A DNA stretch of 60,647 nt, the filler included. It is 4 parts of 4 records of this genome, joined end to end, with 100 filler letters (N's around TTAATTAATTAA, not from the genome) between each part and the next. Parts side by side here need not be neighbours in the genome. Positions count along the whole stretch, not along the records: positions 26,168 to 41,780 come from SRR22947725_4539; positions 41,881 to 51,268 come from SRR22947725_4541; 2 more parts are not named here. One strand, given 5' to 3'. This document shows positions 38,979 through 47,758 of the stretch, one piece after another; position 1 is the first letter of the stretch; every line of letters starts with the position of its first letter. The translations under genes and the position numbers were made by a program. The notes under the pieces are model-generated. The model had not been told where the DNA came from. It did no database searches and was given only the letters and a program-made list of their open reading frames with translations.

Positions 38979-39473
38979 ATGATTGGACGTTGGCTTGAAA
39001 CCTTTTGCCAAGGGCTAAGATATTTGATGGGTTTTCTGGTTGGAATCCTGGCCATTCCCGTCGGTATGCAGGTAATTGCACGTTATACAGGGATCATTCC
39101 TGTATATTTGTGGACAGAGGAACTCTCAACTTTTATTTTTGTTTGGGTTGTAATGATTGGCTCAATGGTCGCAGTCTGGGAAGGGACCCATTTTGATGTG
39201 CGTGTCATTCCCGATGCCAACCAACCATTTATGATTTTTTTACAAAAAGCAGTGGTCTTGATTTTGATCGGCGTCTTCGCTGTACTGTTTGCATGGTACG
39301 GCATTGAGTATGCTAAATTTGGTTATCTTCAAAACTCGGTTATGATGCGGGCCAATTTGGCAATAACATTTGTATCAGTGCCAATTGCGGGTGCTATCTG
39401 GACGGCCTTCACAACCTATCGTTTATACGAGGCATTTGAACAATACCGCGCAACAAATGAGGTTTCGCAATGA
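38979..39473 (+). CDS. dctQ: TRAP transporter small permease
   Basis: QVIARY...WTEELS, HFDV; four hydrophobic segments. Confidence 0.9.
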   Translation: MIGRWLETFCQGLRYLMGFLVGILAIPVGMQVIARYTGIIPVYLWTEELSTFIFVWVVMIGSMVAVWEGTHFDVRVIPDANQPFMIFLQKAVVLILIGVFAVLFAWYGIEYAKFGYLQNSVMMRANLAITFVSVPIAGAIWTAFTTYRLYEAFEQYRATNEVSQ

Positions 39474-40780
39474 TTATTTCAACGGGTCTAGCATGCGCTA
39501 TCCTAGTCGGTGGCTTTCTGTTGCTTGTTATACTTCGAATTCCCGTTGCATTTGCATTGGGTATCGCAATTATCCCGATTGTAATGTTTGATATACGCCT
39601 TACACCGTTCATCATCCTTGATCGTATGTTTCAATCATACAACTCGTTCATCTTACTGGCCGTTCCATTTTTCTTATTAGCGGCCAACCTAATGAATTCT
39701 GGTAAAATTACTGATAAGTTGATCGAATTGGCGCGAGTAATAACCGGCTGGATGCCAGGTGGCTTAGGACATGTGAATGTGGCTGTGTCAATGTTGTTTG
39801 CAGGCATTTCTGGCTCCTCTACTGCTGATGCGGCTGGTTGTGGTAAAATTCTGATCCCAGCGATGGTGAAAGAAGGGTACGACACGCGTTTCGCCGTCGC
39901 CATAACCGCTTGTTCTTCTGTGATGGGAGTTATTATCCCACCAAGTATTTTGATGGTTGTTTGGGGCGGCGTGATGCAGGTGTCGGTTGGTGCACTGTTC
40001 TTGGCAGGAGCCATTCCTGGTTTGATGATTGGCCTGACGCTAATGGCAACTGTATATGGCTATGCCAAAGTATATGATTACCCCACTGCAGGTAAGCCGT
40101 CTTTGACCGAATTCTGGAGCGCACTAAAGGGCGCAAGCCTCGCGATGTTAACCCCATTACTGGTAATAGGTGGAATTGTTGGAGGTCTAGTAACCCCAAC
40201 CGAGAGCGCGATAATCGCGGCAGGGTATTCACTGATTTTGGGTATGTTTGTGTATCGTACCGTGACCGTGCGCGATTTGGGCCATATTTTCTATGATACA
40301 GGACGGTTTGCTTCGATTTCGTTGTTTGCTATTGGCACTGCATCCGCATTTGGTTGGATGCTGGCGTTTTATAACGTCCCACGTTTAATTGTAGATACGA
40401 TGACAGCGTTGGAGTTTGGACCATTTGGAACAGCACTGGTTATTGCGGGCCTCTTCTTATTCTTTGGGCTGTTTATCGATGCTATTCCGACCATTATTAT
40501 TTTGGGGACAGTACTGTTGCCTGTAGCTACTGGTGCAGATATTCATCCTGTTGTATTCGCCATCATCGGTATCGTTTCACTGGCATTCGGATTGGTGACA
40601 CCACCTTATGGGCTCTGCTTATTGATTTCCGCCTCTATCAGTGGTTTGAATGTGGTGCAGGTCATGCGTGACGTTGTGATTATTTTAATCCCAATGCTGG
40701 TTATCCTGATACTCATTATATTGTTCCCTGAAATTGCGCTGTGGTTACCAAAAACCATAATGCCCGATATTTTCAGATAA
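39470..40780 (+). CDS. dctM: TRAP transporter large permease
   Basis: LLAVPFFLLAANLM, FAGISGSSTADAA, IIPPSI, TPTESA, TPPYG. Confidence 0.94.
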   Translation: MIISTGLACAILVGGFLLLVILRIPVAFALGIAIIPIVMFDIRLTPFIILDRMFQSYNSFILLAVPFFLLAANLMNSGKITDKLIELARVITGWMPGGLGHVNVAVSMLFAGISGSSTADAAGCGKILIPAMVKEGYDTRFAVAITACSSVMGVIIPPSILMVVWGGVMQVSVGALFLAGAIPGLMIGLTLMATVYGYAKVYDYPTAGKPSLTEFWSALKGASLAMLTPLLVIGGIVGGLVTPTESAIIAAGYSLILGMFVYRTVTVRDLGHIFYDTGRFASISLFAIGTASAFGWMLAFYNVPRLIVDTMTALEFGPFGTALVIAGLFLFFGLFIDAIPTIIILGTVLLPVATGADIHPVVFAIIGIVSLAFGLVTPPYGLCLLISASISGLNVVQVMRDVVIILIPMLVILILIILFPEIALWLPKTIMPDIFR

Positions 40781-40788
40781 ATAATAAG

Positions 40789-41748
40789 ATGTCTGTTAAT
40801 GAGAAAACGTTAAAAATTGCCTGCATTGGTGAGGCGATGATTGAGATGATTGTGAATCCAGAGACGTTCACTGCCAACTTAGATGTTGCAGGGGATGTCT
40901 TGAATGTAAGCATTTATTTGCGCCGAAACTTAGATGCAAAACACACGGTTTCTTTCTTTTCTACGGTTGGTACTGATGCAATGTCAGATCATATTGTTGA
41001 ACGGGTTCAATCTGAGGGTATTTCAACACAAAACCTACAGCGTCATCCACACAAGGTGCCAGGGATTTATTCAATCCAAACAGCTGCGGATGGCGAACGT
41101 TCTTTTTGTTATTGGCGTAATGATTCAGCAGCTCGTACTATGTTTTCCACTCCACAAGGTCCAGATTTTTCATCACTTAATGGGTACGATGTGGTATTTT
41201 TTTCGGCAATAACATTGGCTATTTTGCCCCAACCTGTTCGTGATGGTTTGTTTGATTGGATTTCTGGGTTTCGAACACGCGGTGGACGCATCGCATTTGA
41301 CAGCAATTTTCGACCATCGCTTTGGGAAAATATTGAAACTACTCAAACAGAAGTGACGCGTGCATGGTCTGTAACTGATATTGCATTGCCCTCGGTCGAT
41401 GATGAAATGGGTATATTTCTTGATATTGATGAAGAGGCAGTTTTGGGGCGCCTGCGCGCGTCCGGAGTTCGTTTGGGTGCGTTGAAGCGCGGGGCTAAGG
41501 GACCGTTGGCAATTTCCTTTCAAGGGATGGATCAAATAGATTATCCAATTGCAAGGCATGTCGTTGATACTACAGCCGCAGGAGATTCATTTGACGGTGC
41601 TTTTTTGGCTAGTTACCTCACACATAATGATCATGGCGCGGCGATGAAAGCGGGGCATGAGTGCTCGTTGAAGGTAATAGGTTATCGTGGAGCTATCATA
41701 CCTCGTATCGATGAGGTCACAGATACTTTTGATGGTATTGTCAGATAA
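40789..41748 (+). CDS. kdgK: PfkB-family sugar kinase, 2-keto-3-deoxygluconate kinase-like
   Basis: IGEAMIE, GERSF.YWR.DSAAR, FDSNFRPSLW, DTTAAGDSF. Start ATG 40789. Confidence 0.82.
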   Translation: MSVNEKTLKIACIGEAMIEMIVNPETFTANLDVAGDVLNVSIYLRRNLDAKHTVSFFSTVGTDAMSDHIVERVQSEGISTQNLQRHPHKVPGIYSIQTAADGERSFCYWRNDSAARTMFSTPQGPDFSSLNGYDVVFFSAITLAILPQPVRDGLFDWISGFRTRGGRIAFDSNFRPSLWENIETTQTEVTRAWSVTDIALPSVDDEMGIFLDIDEEAVLGRLRASGVRLGALKRGAKGPLAISFQGMDQIDYPIARHVVDTTAAGDSFDGAFLASYLTHNDHGAAMKAGHECSLKVIGYRGAIIPRIDEVTDTFDGIVR

Positions 41749-41780
41749 ACTTGACGGGCAAGCGGCTAATCCTTAATTCT

Positions 41781-41880
41781 NNNNNNNNNNNNNNNNNNNN
41801 NNNNNNNNNNNNNNNNNNNNNNNNTTAATTAATTAANNNNNNNNNNNNNNNNNNNNNNNNNNNNNNNNNNNNNNNNNNNN
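41781..41880. other. Artificial contig linker
   Basis: 44 N + TTAATTAATTAA + 44 N. Confidence 0.98.
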
Positions 41881-41882
41881 CT

Positions 41883-42674
41883 ATTGGCTATAAAAATCAT
41901 GCGGCTGGAGGTGGGTCTGTTTCTTTAGGTCAAGAAAATATTGCTTGGGGAACAACAAATTTTACGGCTGGTTATCAAAATATTGCTGGTGACACTAATT
42001 CCAGTATTGGAACAGCTGGTAGTGCTACGGCTTTAGGCCTTCAAACTATAGCATCTGGTAGAAGTTCGTTTAGTGCAAATAAAAACACTTCAGCTGTTAA
42101 TCAAGCATCAACTGCTTTAGGATTATCCACTACTTCGGATAATTTTGGTATGCTTGCAATTGGAGTGAATAATGAAGCTGGTATTGGCGACACTTCGATT
42201 GACCCAAATGATTATGGTGGGTATTATTATGCAGATGGCACTTATACAGGATCAAATCCAGGTGTTGCATTTGTTATTGGAAATGGAGATATTGATTCAT
42301 CAACTGGAAAAGGTGGAGACAACCCTTCCAATGCATTTATAATAAGTTATGATGGTAATGCTACGCTATCAAATAATTTAACTATAAATTCAGATGCAAG
42401 ATTAAAGTCTAACATAGTTTCTCTTGGAAGTACACTCTCTAGACTTTTATTAATTGATGGGAAAAGCTACACAATGAAGACTAATGAGTCAATTTTTAAA
42501 ATTGGACTTTTAGCTCAGGAGGTACAAACTATATTTCCAGAACTAGTAAAAACAGCAAATAATTCTGAAGGAACACTATCGGTCAATTACCAAGGGATGA
42601 TTCCTGTGTTACTAAATGCTATTAAAGAGCAACAAGCTCAAATTAAAGAACTTAAAGCTTTAATTAAAAAATAA
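41883..42674 (+). CDS. Fibre/adhesin-like protein with YadA-head-like repeats and a C-terminal peptidase S74 intramolecular chaperone, 5'-truncated
   Basis: The frame is open from the contig start: IGYKNHAAGGGSVSLGQENIAWGTTNFTAGYQNIA...ATALGLQTIASGRSSFS...STALG (about 14-residue repeats), then SDARLKSNI, IGLLAQEV, VNY and a terminal coiled coil. Confidence 0.82.
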   Translation: MGYKNHAAGGGSVSLGQENIAWGTTNFTAGYQNIAGDTNSSIGTAGSATALGLQTIASGRSSFSANKNTSAVNQASTALGLSTTSDNFGMLAIGVNNEAGIGDTSIDPNDYGGYYYADGTYTGSNPGVAFVIGNGDIDSSTGKGGDNPSNAFIISYDGNATLSNNLTINSDARLKSNIVSLGSTLSRLLLIDGKSYTMKTNESIFKIGLLAQEVQTIFPELVKTANNSEGTLSVNYQGMIPVLLNAIKEQQAQIKELKALIKK

Positions 42675-44873
42675 ATGAGACTTATAATATTAAGCATTAG
42701 TTTTTTTTATTTGATATTTAATTCCACTGCGAAAACATTGGAAGAAAAAGATCATTTTAACGTGAGTTTAGACTTTGAGGCTCGTACATCAATTTTAGTG
42801 TCAAAAATGACCTTAGAGGAAAAAATATCACAGTTAGGAAATAATGCTCCTGCAATTCCAAGGTTAGGAGTTCTCGAGTACAATTGGTGGAATGAATGTC
42901 TTCACGGAGTTGCTAGAGCTGGAACGGCAACAGTTTTCCCTCAGGCAATTGGGATGGCTGCAACGTTCAATCCAAGTCTTATAAATGATGTTGCTGTTGT
43001 TGTAAGCGATGAAGCTCGTGCAAAACATCATGAAGCCCTAAGGAATAAGGATTACAGTCAGTACAAAGGGCTTACATTTTGGTCTCCAAATATTAATATC
43101 TTTAGAGACCCAAGGTGGGGGCGAGGACATGAAACTTATGGTGAAGACCCCTACTTAACTGGGCAAATTGGAATTCAATTTGTAAAAGGTCTGCAAGGAA
43201 ATGATCCAAAATATCTAAAATTAGTAGCGACAGCTAAACATTTTGCAGTGCATAGTGGACCAGAATCTGAAAGACATTTTTTTAACGCCACTGTAAACCA
43301 AAGGGATCTTTGGGAAACTTACTTTCCTGCATTTGAAGATTTAGTTGTTAAGGGGGGTGTTTATTCAGTGATGGGTGCATATAATAGAGTTAACGGAGAA
43401 TCTGCTAGTGCTAGCAATTATTTATTACAAGAAATTCTACGTGATAAATGGGGTTTTAACGGTTATGTTGTATCTGATTGTGGAGCAATTAATGATATTC
43501 ATGCAAATCATAAAATAGTTAAAACTCCTGAGGAATCTGCGGCTTTAGGAGTAATTACAGGTTGTGATTTAAATTGCGGTGGTATATATCAAAGGTATCT
43601 TCTAGAATCTGTTACATTGGGATTGATTTCAGAAAAAGAAATTAACACAGCGGTTTATAGATTATTTCTAGCGAGAATGAGGTTAGGAATGTTTGACCCT
43701 GCTGAAATTGTTTCATATGCACAAATTCCTTTTGAAATTAACAACAGTCAAAAACATGATGAGTTGTCATTAAAAACTGCTCTTAGTTCAATGACGCTTT
43801 TAAAAAATAATGGAGCACTTCCGATTGACATAAATAAAATCAATAAAATTGCAGTTGTTGGACCTAACGCAGATAATATAAACGCATTACTTGGTAATTA
43901 CCATGGCACACCTTCAAACCCAGTGACCTTTATTAATGGTTTAAATGATTATGTTAGCAAAAAAGCTGAAATAACTTACTCCAAAGGAGTAGATTTAGTA
44001 AAGGATGGAGATGATGGTTTAAATTTACTCAGTGATTCAATTATTAATGAAGTTAAAATAGCTGATATGGCAATTTTTGTGGGAGGGTTAGATGCTACTT
44101 GGGAAGGGGAAGAAATGCCTGGAGGAATTAATGTAGATGGATTTTATAATGGGGATAGAACAAAGATAGAATTACCAGAAATTCAACAAAAAGCAATTAA
44201 AGACATGGTCAAAACTGGGACCCCTGTTGTATTGGTTTTAATGGCAGGAAGTTCAATTGCATTAAACGGATTAGAAAAGGAATTAGAAGCTGTTTTAATG
44301 GCGTGGTACCCAGGCCAACGAGGGGGAAATGCTATAACTAGTGTTTTATTTGGAGATTATAACCCTAGCGGAAAATTACCTGTAACTTTTTATAGCTCAA
44401 CAGCTGAATTACCTGATTTTAAGGATTATAACATGCAAGCAGGAAAAGGCTTTACTTACCGCTACTATAAAGGCGAGGCTCTTTACCCTTTTGGTCATGG
44501 ATTGAGTTATACTAATTTCAAGTACTCTAAGCTAAGGGCTGATAAAACAAATTTAAATGAAAAAGAAAATTTTAAAATCTCGTTTAATGTTAAAAATATT
44601 GGAGATTATGATGGTGATGAAGTTGTTCAGGTTTATATAAAAGATCTTGAATCAAAACTCAAGATGCCAATTAAACAGTTAAGAAGCTTTAAGCGCGTCT
44701 CATTAAATATGGGAGATGAAAAAATAGTTGAATTTGAATTTAAGCCGATTGAAGATTTTAGTTATTATGACACAGATCAACAAAAGTATATGGTTGATAA
44801 AGGAAGTTTCGAAATTCAAGTAGGTTCTTCAAGTCAAGATATTCGACTAAAGAAAATAATATATGTTGATTAA
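42675..44873 (+). CDS. Glycoside hydrolase family 3, beta-xylosidase-like
   Basis: Signal peptide; WWNECLHG, FPQAIG, WSPNINIFRDPRWGRGHETYGEDP, KHF, nucleophile VVSDCGA, YPFGHGLSYT, C-terminal Fn3-like domain. Confidence 0.9.
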   Translation: MRLIILSISFFYLIFNSTAKTLEEKDHFNVSLDFEARTSILVSKMTLEEKISQLGNNAPAIPRLGVLEYNWWNECLHGVARAGTATVFPQAIGMAATFNPSLINDVAVVVSDEARAKHHEALRNKDYSQYKGLTFWSPNINIFRDPRWGRGHETYGEDPYLTGQIGIQFVKGLQGNDPKYLKLVATAKHFAVHSGPESERHFFNATVNQRDLWETYFPAFEDLVVKGGVYSVMGAYNRVNGESASASNYLLQEILRDKWGFNGYVVSDCGAINDIHANHKIVKTPEESAALGVITGCDLNCGGIYQRYLLESVTLGLISEKEINTAVYRLFLARMRLGMFDPAEIVSYAQIPFEINNSQKHDELSLKTALSSMTLLKNNGALPIDINKINKIAVVGPNADNINALLGNYHGTPSNPVTFINGLNDYVSKKAEITYSKGVDLVKDGDDGLNLLSDSIINEVKIADMAIFVGGLDATWEGEEMPGGINVDGFYNGDRTKIELPEIQQKAIKDMVKTGTPVVLVLMAGSSIALNGLEKELEAVLMAWYPGQRGGNAITSVLFGDYNPSGKLPVTFYSSTAELPDFKDYNMQAGKGFTYRYYKGEALYPFGHGLSYTNFKYSKLRADKTNLNEKENFKISFNVKNIGDYDGDEVVQVYIKDLESKLKMPIKQLRSFKRVSLNMGDEKIVEFEFKPIEDFSYYDTDQQKYMVDKGSFEIQVGSSSQDIRLKKIIYVD

Positions 44874-44874
44874 A

Positions 44875-47073
44875 ATGAGAACTCTATTTATAAAATATGT
44901 ACAAAATCAAGTATTATTAATTTCCTTCATTTTAATAGCAATACTTTCAAATCAGACTAAAGCACATAGTCAAGATGTCAATAAAAACGAGGTATTACTA
45001 AACATTAAAATTGATAGCATAATTTCAATCTTAACTTTGGAAGAAAAAATTGCAATGTGCCATGCTCAATCCAAATTTAGTTCACCAGGTGTGCCGAGAC
45101 TTGGAATTCCTGAGTTATGGATGTCTGACGGTCCTCACGGAATTCGACCAGAAATGAATTGGGATAATTGGGACTATGCAAATTGGACCAACGATTATGT
45201 AACTGCTTTTCCAGCTTTAACATGCTTAGCTGCAACTTTTAATCCCGATTTATCCAATGAATACGGAGTGAGTTTAGGTGAAGAGGCTAGGTATAGAAAA
45301 AAGGATGTTCTACTTGGTCCTGGAGTTAACATTTATAGAACTCCACTAAATGGCAGAAATTTTGAATATTTAGGAGAAGACCCTTTCTTGGCCTCAGAGA
45401 TGGTGGTACCATATATTCATGGAGTTCAGCAAAATGGAGTTGCAGCTTGTGTAAAACATTACGCTTTAAACAATCAAGAACAATGGAGAGGGCATATTAA
45501 TGTTGAAGTGAGCGACAGAGCTTTACATGAGATTTATTTGCCAGCCTTCAAGGCTGCGATAATTAAAGGTAAATCTTGGTCAATAATGGGTGCTTACAAT
45601 AAATTTAGAGGGGAGCATTGTTGTCATAATCAAATTCTATTAAATGATATTTTAAAAAATAATTGGGCTTTTGATGGAGTTGTAGTTTCAGATTGGGCAG
45701 GCACACATGATACTAATCAAGCGATACATAATGGATTAGATATTGAAATGGGAACTCCATCAAATAAAAATATTTCCAAAAGATATCCCTACAATAATAA
45801 TTTCTTAGGGCTTAGTTTTTTAGAAAAAATAAACGCTGGTGAGGTAAAAGAAGATCTTTTAAATGATAAAGTGAAAAGAATTCTTCGATTAATGTATAGG
45901 ACAACACTAAATCAAAATCGTCCATTAGGTAGTATCAATAATAAAGCGCATTCAAACACAGCTTATAAAGTTGCAACTGAGGGAATCGTTTTATTAAAAA
46001 ATGAAGACAATCTTCTGCCAATAGATATTTACAAAAAACTAAACATAGCCATTATTGGTGAAAATGCTGAAAAATCGATGACTGTTGGTGGTGGATCTTC
46101 AGAATTAAAAGTAGCTTATGAAATTTCTCCTATTGAAGGATTAAAAAAACATTTTAAAAATGCAAATTTCAAATTTTCAACTGGCTATAACTCTAATGGA
46201 AATGAAGCTGAAAACAAGAGACTCAATAACGAGGCATTGTCCATTGCAAAAGAATCTGATATTGTTTTATTTATAGGAGGTTTAAACAAAAACTCTTCTC
46301 AAGACTCTGAAGGTTCGGACAGACAGCAATATAATCTACCATATAATCAAGACGATTTAATAGATTCAATTTCTAGGGTTAACAAAAATATAGCAGTTAT
46401 TTTAATTAGTGGAAATGCGATAAGCATGCCGTGGTTATCAAATGTAAAAACAGTTATGCAATCTTGGTATCTTGGAAGTGAAGCTGGTAATGCCATCGCT
46501 TCAGTCTTAAGTGGACAAGTTAACCCCTCAGGAAAACTTCCATTTACCTTTTCAAAAAAATTAATGGATAATGGAGCCCATTATTATGGGGAATTATCCT
46601 ATCCAGGAAACGGTGAAACTCAATTTTATAAGGAAGATATTTTAGTAGGTTATCGCTGGCATGATACAAAAAAGATAAAACCTAATTTTGCTTTTGGACA
46701 TGGACTTTCATATACTTCTTTTGATTTGTCTAAAATAAATTCAGATAAAAAATCTTACTCAGCAACAGATTCAATTAAAATAAGTTGTGTAATAAAAAAT
46801 ACTGGAACTATAGAAGGGTCTGAAGTTGTTCAAGTTTATATAGGAAAAAAGAATTCAAAAGTAAAGAGAGCTTTAAAAGAGTTAAAAGGGTTTAAAAAAA
46901 TATCTGTATTACAAGGCGAATCTAAAAAAATTGAAATTAAAATTGGTGTAAGTAAACTTGCCTTTTATGATGAAAAAAAATCTGATTGGAATATTGAAAA
47001 AGGAGAATATATAGTCTATGTTGGTAATGCCTCTGACAATATTTCTAAAGAATTAAAAATCACAATTATATAA
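44875..47073 (+). CDS. Glycoside hydrolase family 3, beta-glucosidase-like
   Basis: SDGPHGIR, GPGVNIYRTPLNGRNFEYLGEDP, KHY, nucleophile VVSDW, GGGSS, FGHGLSYT. Confidence 0.9.
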   Translation: MRTLFIKYVQNQVLLISFILIAILSNQTKAHSQDVNKNEVLLNIKIDSIISILTLEEKIAMCHAQSKFSSPGVPRLGIPELWMSDGPHGIRPEMNWDNWDYANWTNDYVTAFPALTCLAATFNPDLSNEYGVSLGEEARYRKKDVLLGPGVNIYRTPLNGRNFEYLGEDPFLASEMVVPYIHGVQQNGVAACVKHYALNNQEQWRGHINVEVSDRALHEIYLPAFKAAIIKGKSWSIMGAYNKFRGEHCCHNQILLNDILKNNWAFDGVVVSDWAGTHDTNQAIHNGLDIEMGTPSNKNISKRYPYNNNFLGLSFLEKINAGEVKEDLLNDKVKRILRLMYRTTLNQNRPLGSINNKAHSNTAYKVATEGIVLLKNEDNLLPIDIYKKLNIAIIGENAEKSMTVGGGSSELKVAYEISPIEGLKKHFKNANFKFSTGYNSNGNEAENKRLNNEALSIAKESDIVLFIGGLNKNSSQDSEGSDRQQYNLPYNQDDLIDSISRVNKNIAVILISGNAISMPWLSNVKTVMQSWYLGSEAGNAIASVLSGQVNPSGKLPFTFSKKLMDNGAHYYGELSYPGNGETQFYKEDILVGYRWHDTKKIKPNFAFGHGLSYTSFDLSKINSDKKSYSATDSIKISCVIKNTGTIEGSEVVQVYIGKKNSKVKRALKELKGFKKISVLQGESKKIEIKIGVSKLAFYDEKKSDWNIEKGEYIVYVGNASDNISKELKITII

Positions 47074-47090
47074 ATAATCTTTAATACAAA

Positions 47091-47546
47091 TTAATTTATA
47101 ATAACTCCATCTGCTAAGAAAGATATTTTGTATTCTGGCTGAGTTATTTTTTCAATTTCTTCAATTGATTTATTTGCATCATCGGCGTAATGTCTAAGAA
47201 GATCAACACTAATTGTGTCTTTCTTTGCTATTCCTTGCATAACAACTCTATTGTTTTCTTGCCCTTGTTTTGGAACAAAAAATCCATAATCTTTAAATCT
47301 AACCAAAATCGTATCCTGGTCTACTATCACATTCATCCAACATCCTTTTTTTGGACATGTTGACAAAATAGTTCCCTCTATTTTAGTTTCAACTTCAGCT
47401 TGATTTTCAGTTAAATTTTTGACCTTAACAAAGTCACTAATATTATTTGATGTGATTTTTTCACCGTAAAAGTTTAGTTCTTTGGGTTGACTTTCATTAC
47501 AGGATAAAAGTGAAAGAAAAAATATAGCTATTATCAATTTATTCAT
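47091..47546 (-). CDS. DUF4920-family lipoprotein
   Basis: Lipobox LLSC; YGEKIT, C..KGCWM, VRFKDYGFFVP, LRHYADDA. Start ATG 47546. Confidence 0.8.
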   Translation of the reverse strand: MNKLIIAIFFLSLLSCNESQPKELNFYGEKITSNNISDFVKVKNLTENQAEVETKIEGTILSTCPKKGCWMNVIVDQDTILVRFKDYGFFVPKQGQENNRVVMQGIAKKDTISVDLLRHYADDANKSIEEIEKITQPEYKISFLADGVIIN

Positions 47547-47566
47547 CTGAAAAATTATTTTTAGTT

Positions 47567-47574
47567 CAAATATA
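47567..47574 (-). promoter_or_regulatory. Bacteroidota -7 promoter element (TATATTTG) for the DUF4920 gene
   Basis: Exact TAnnTTTG on the minus strand, 20 nt upstream of the ATG. Confidence 0.55.
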
Positions 47575-47589
47575 ATTAAACTAAATTTT

Positions 47590-47691
47590 ATGAAAAACAT
47601 ATTTCTCCTAACTATTTGCTGTTTAATGATGTCTTGTAATGATTCTGAAAAAGAAAACAGCACAATCGAAAATCATTTTATGTTGATGTAA
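47590..47691 (+). pseudogene. 33-codon ORF with a lipoprotein signal peptide (gene remnant or micro-lipoprotein)
   Basis: MKNIFLLTICCLMMSC-NDSEKENSTIENHFMLM*; absent from the ORF track because of its size. Confidence 0.5.
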
Positions 47692-47758
47692 AAAATAATA
47701 ACTAATAATTATTTGCGTTATCTTTAACTAAAAAATTAATCCCCTATAAACACTTGAC

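Noticed and set aside
41883-42674. Prophage suggested by a tail-fibre chaperone domain
   Set aside because: No integrase, capsid, terminase or other phage gene on the contig; the neighbours are cellular genes.
40789-47073. Apparent sugar-utilisation locus joining kdgK/TRAP with the GH3 genes
   Set aside because: The genes lie on different contigs separated by a linker and differ in composition and likely phylum.
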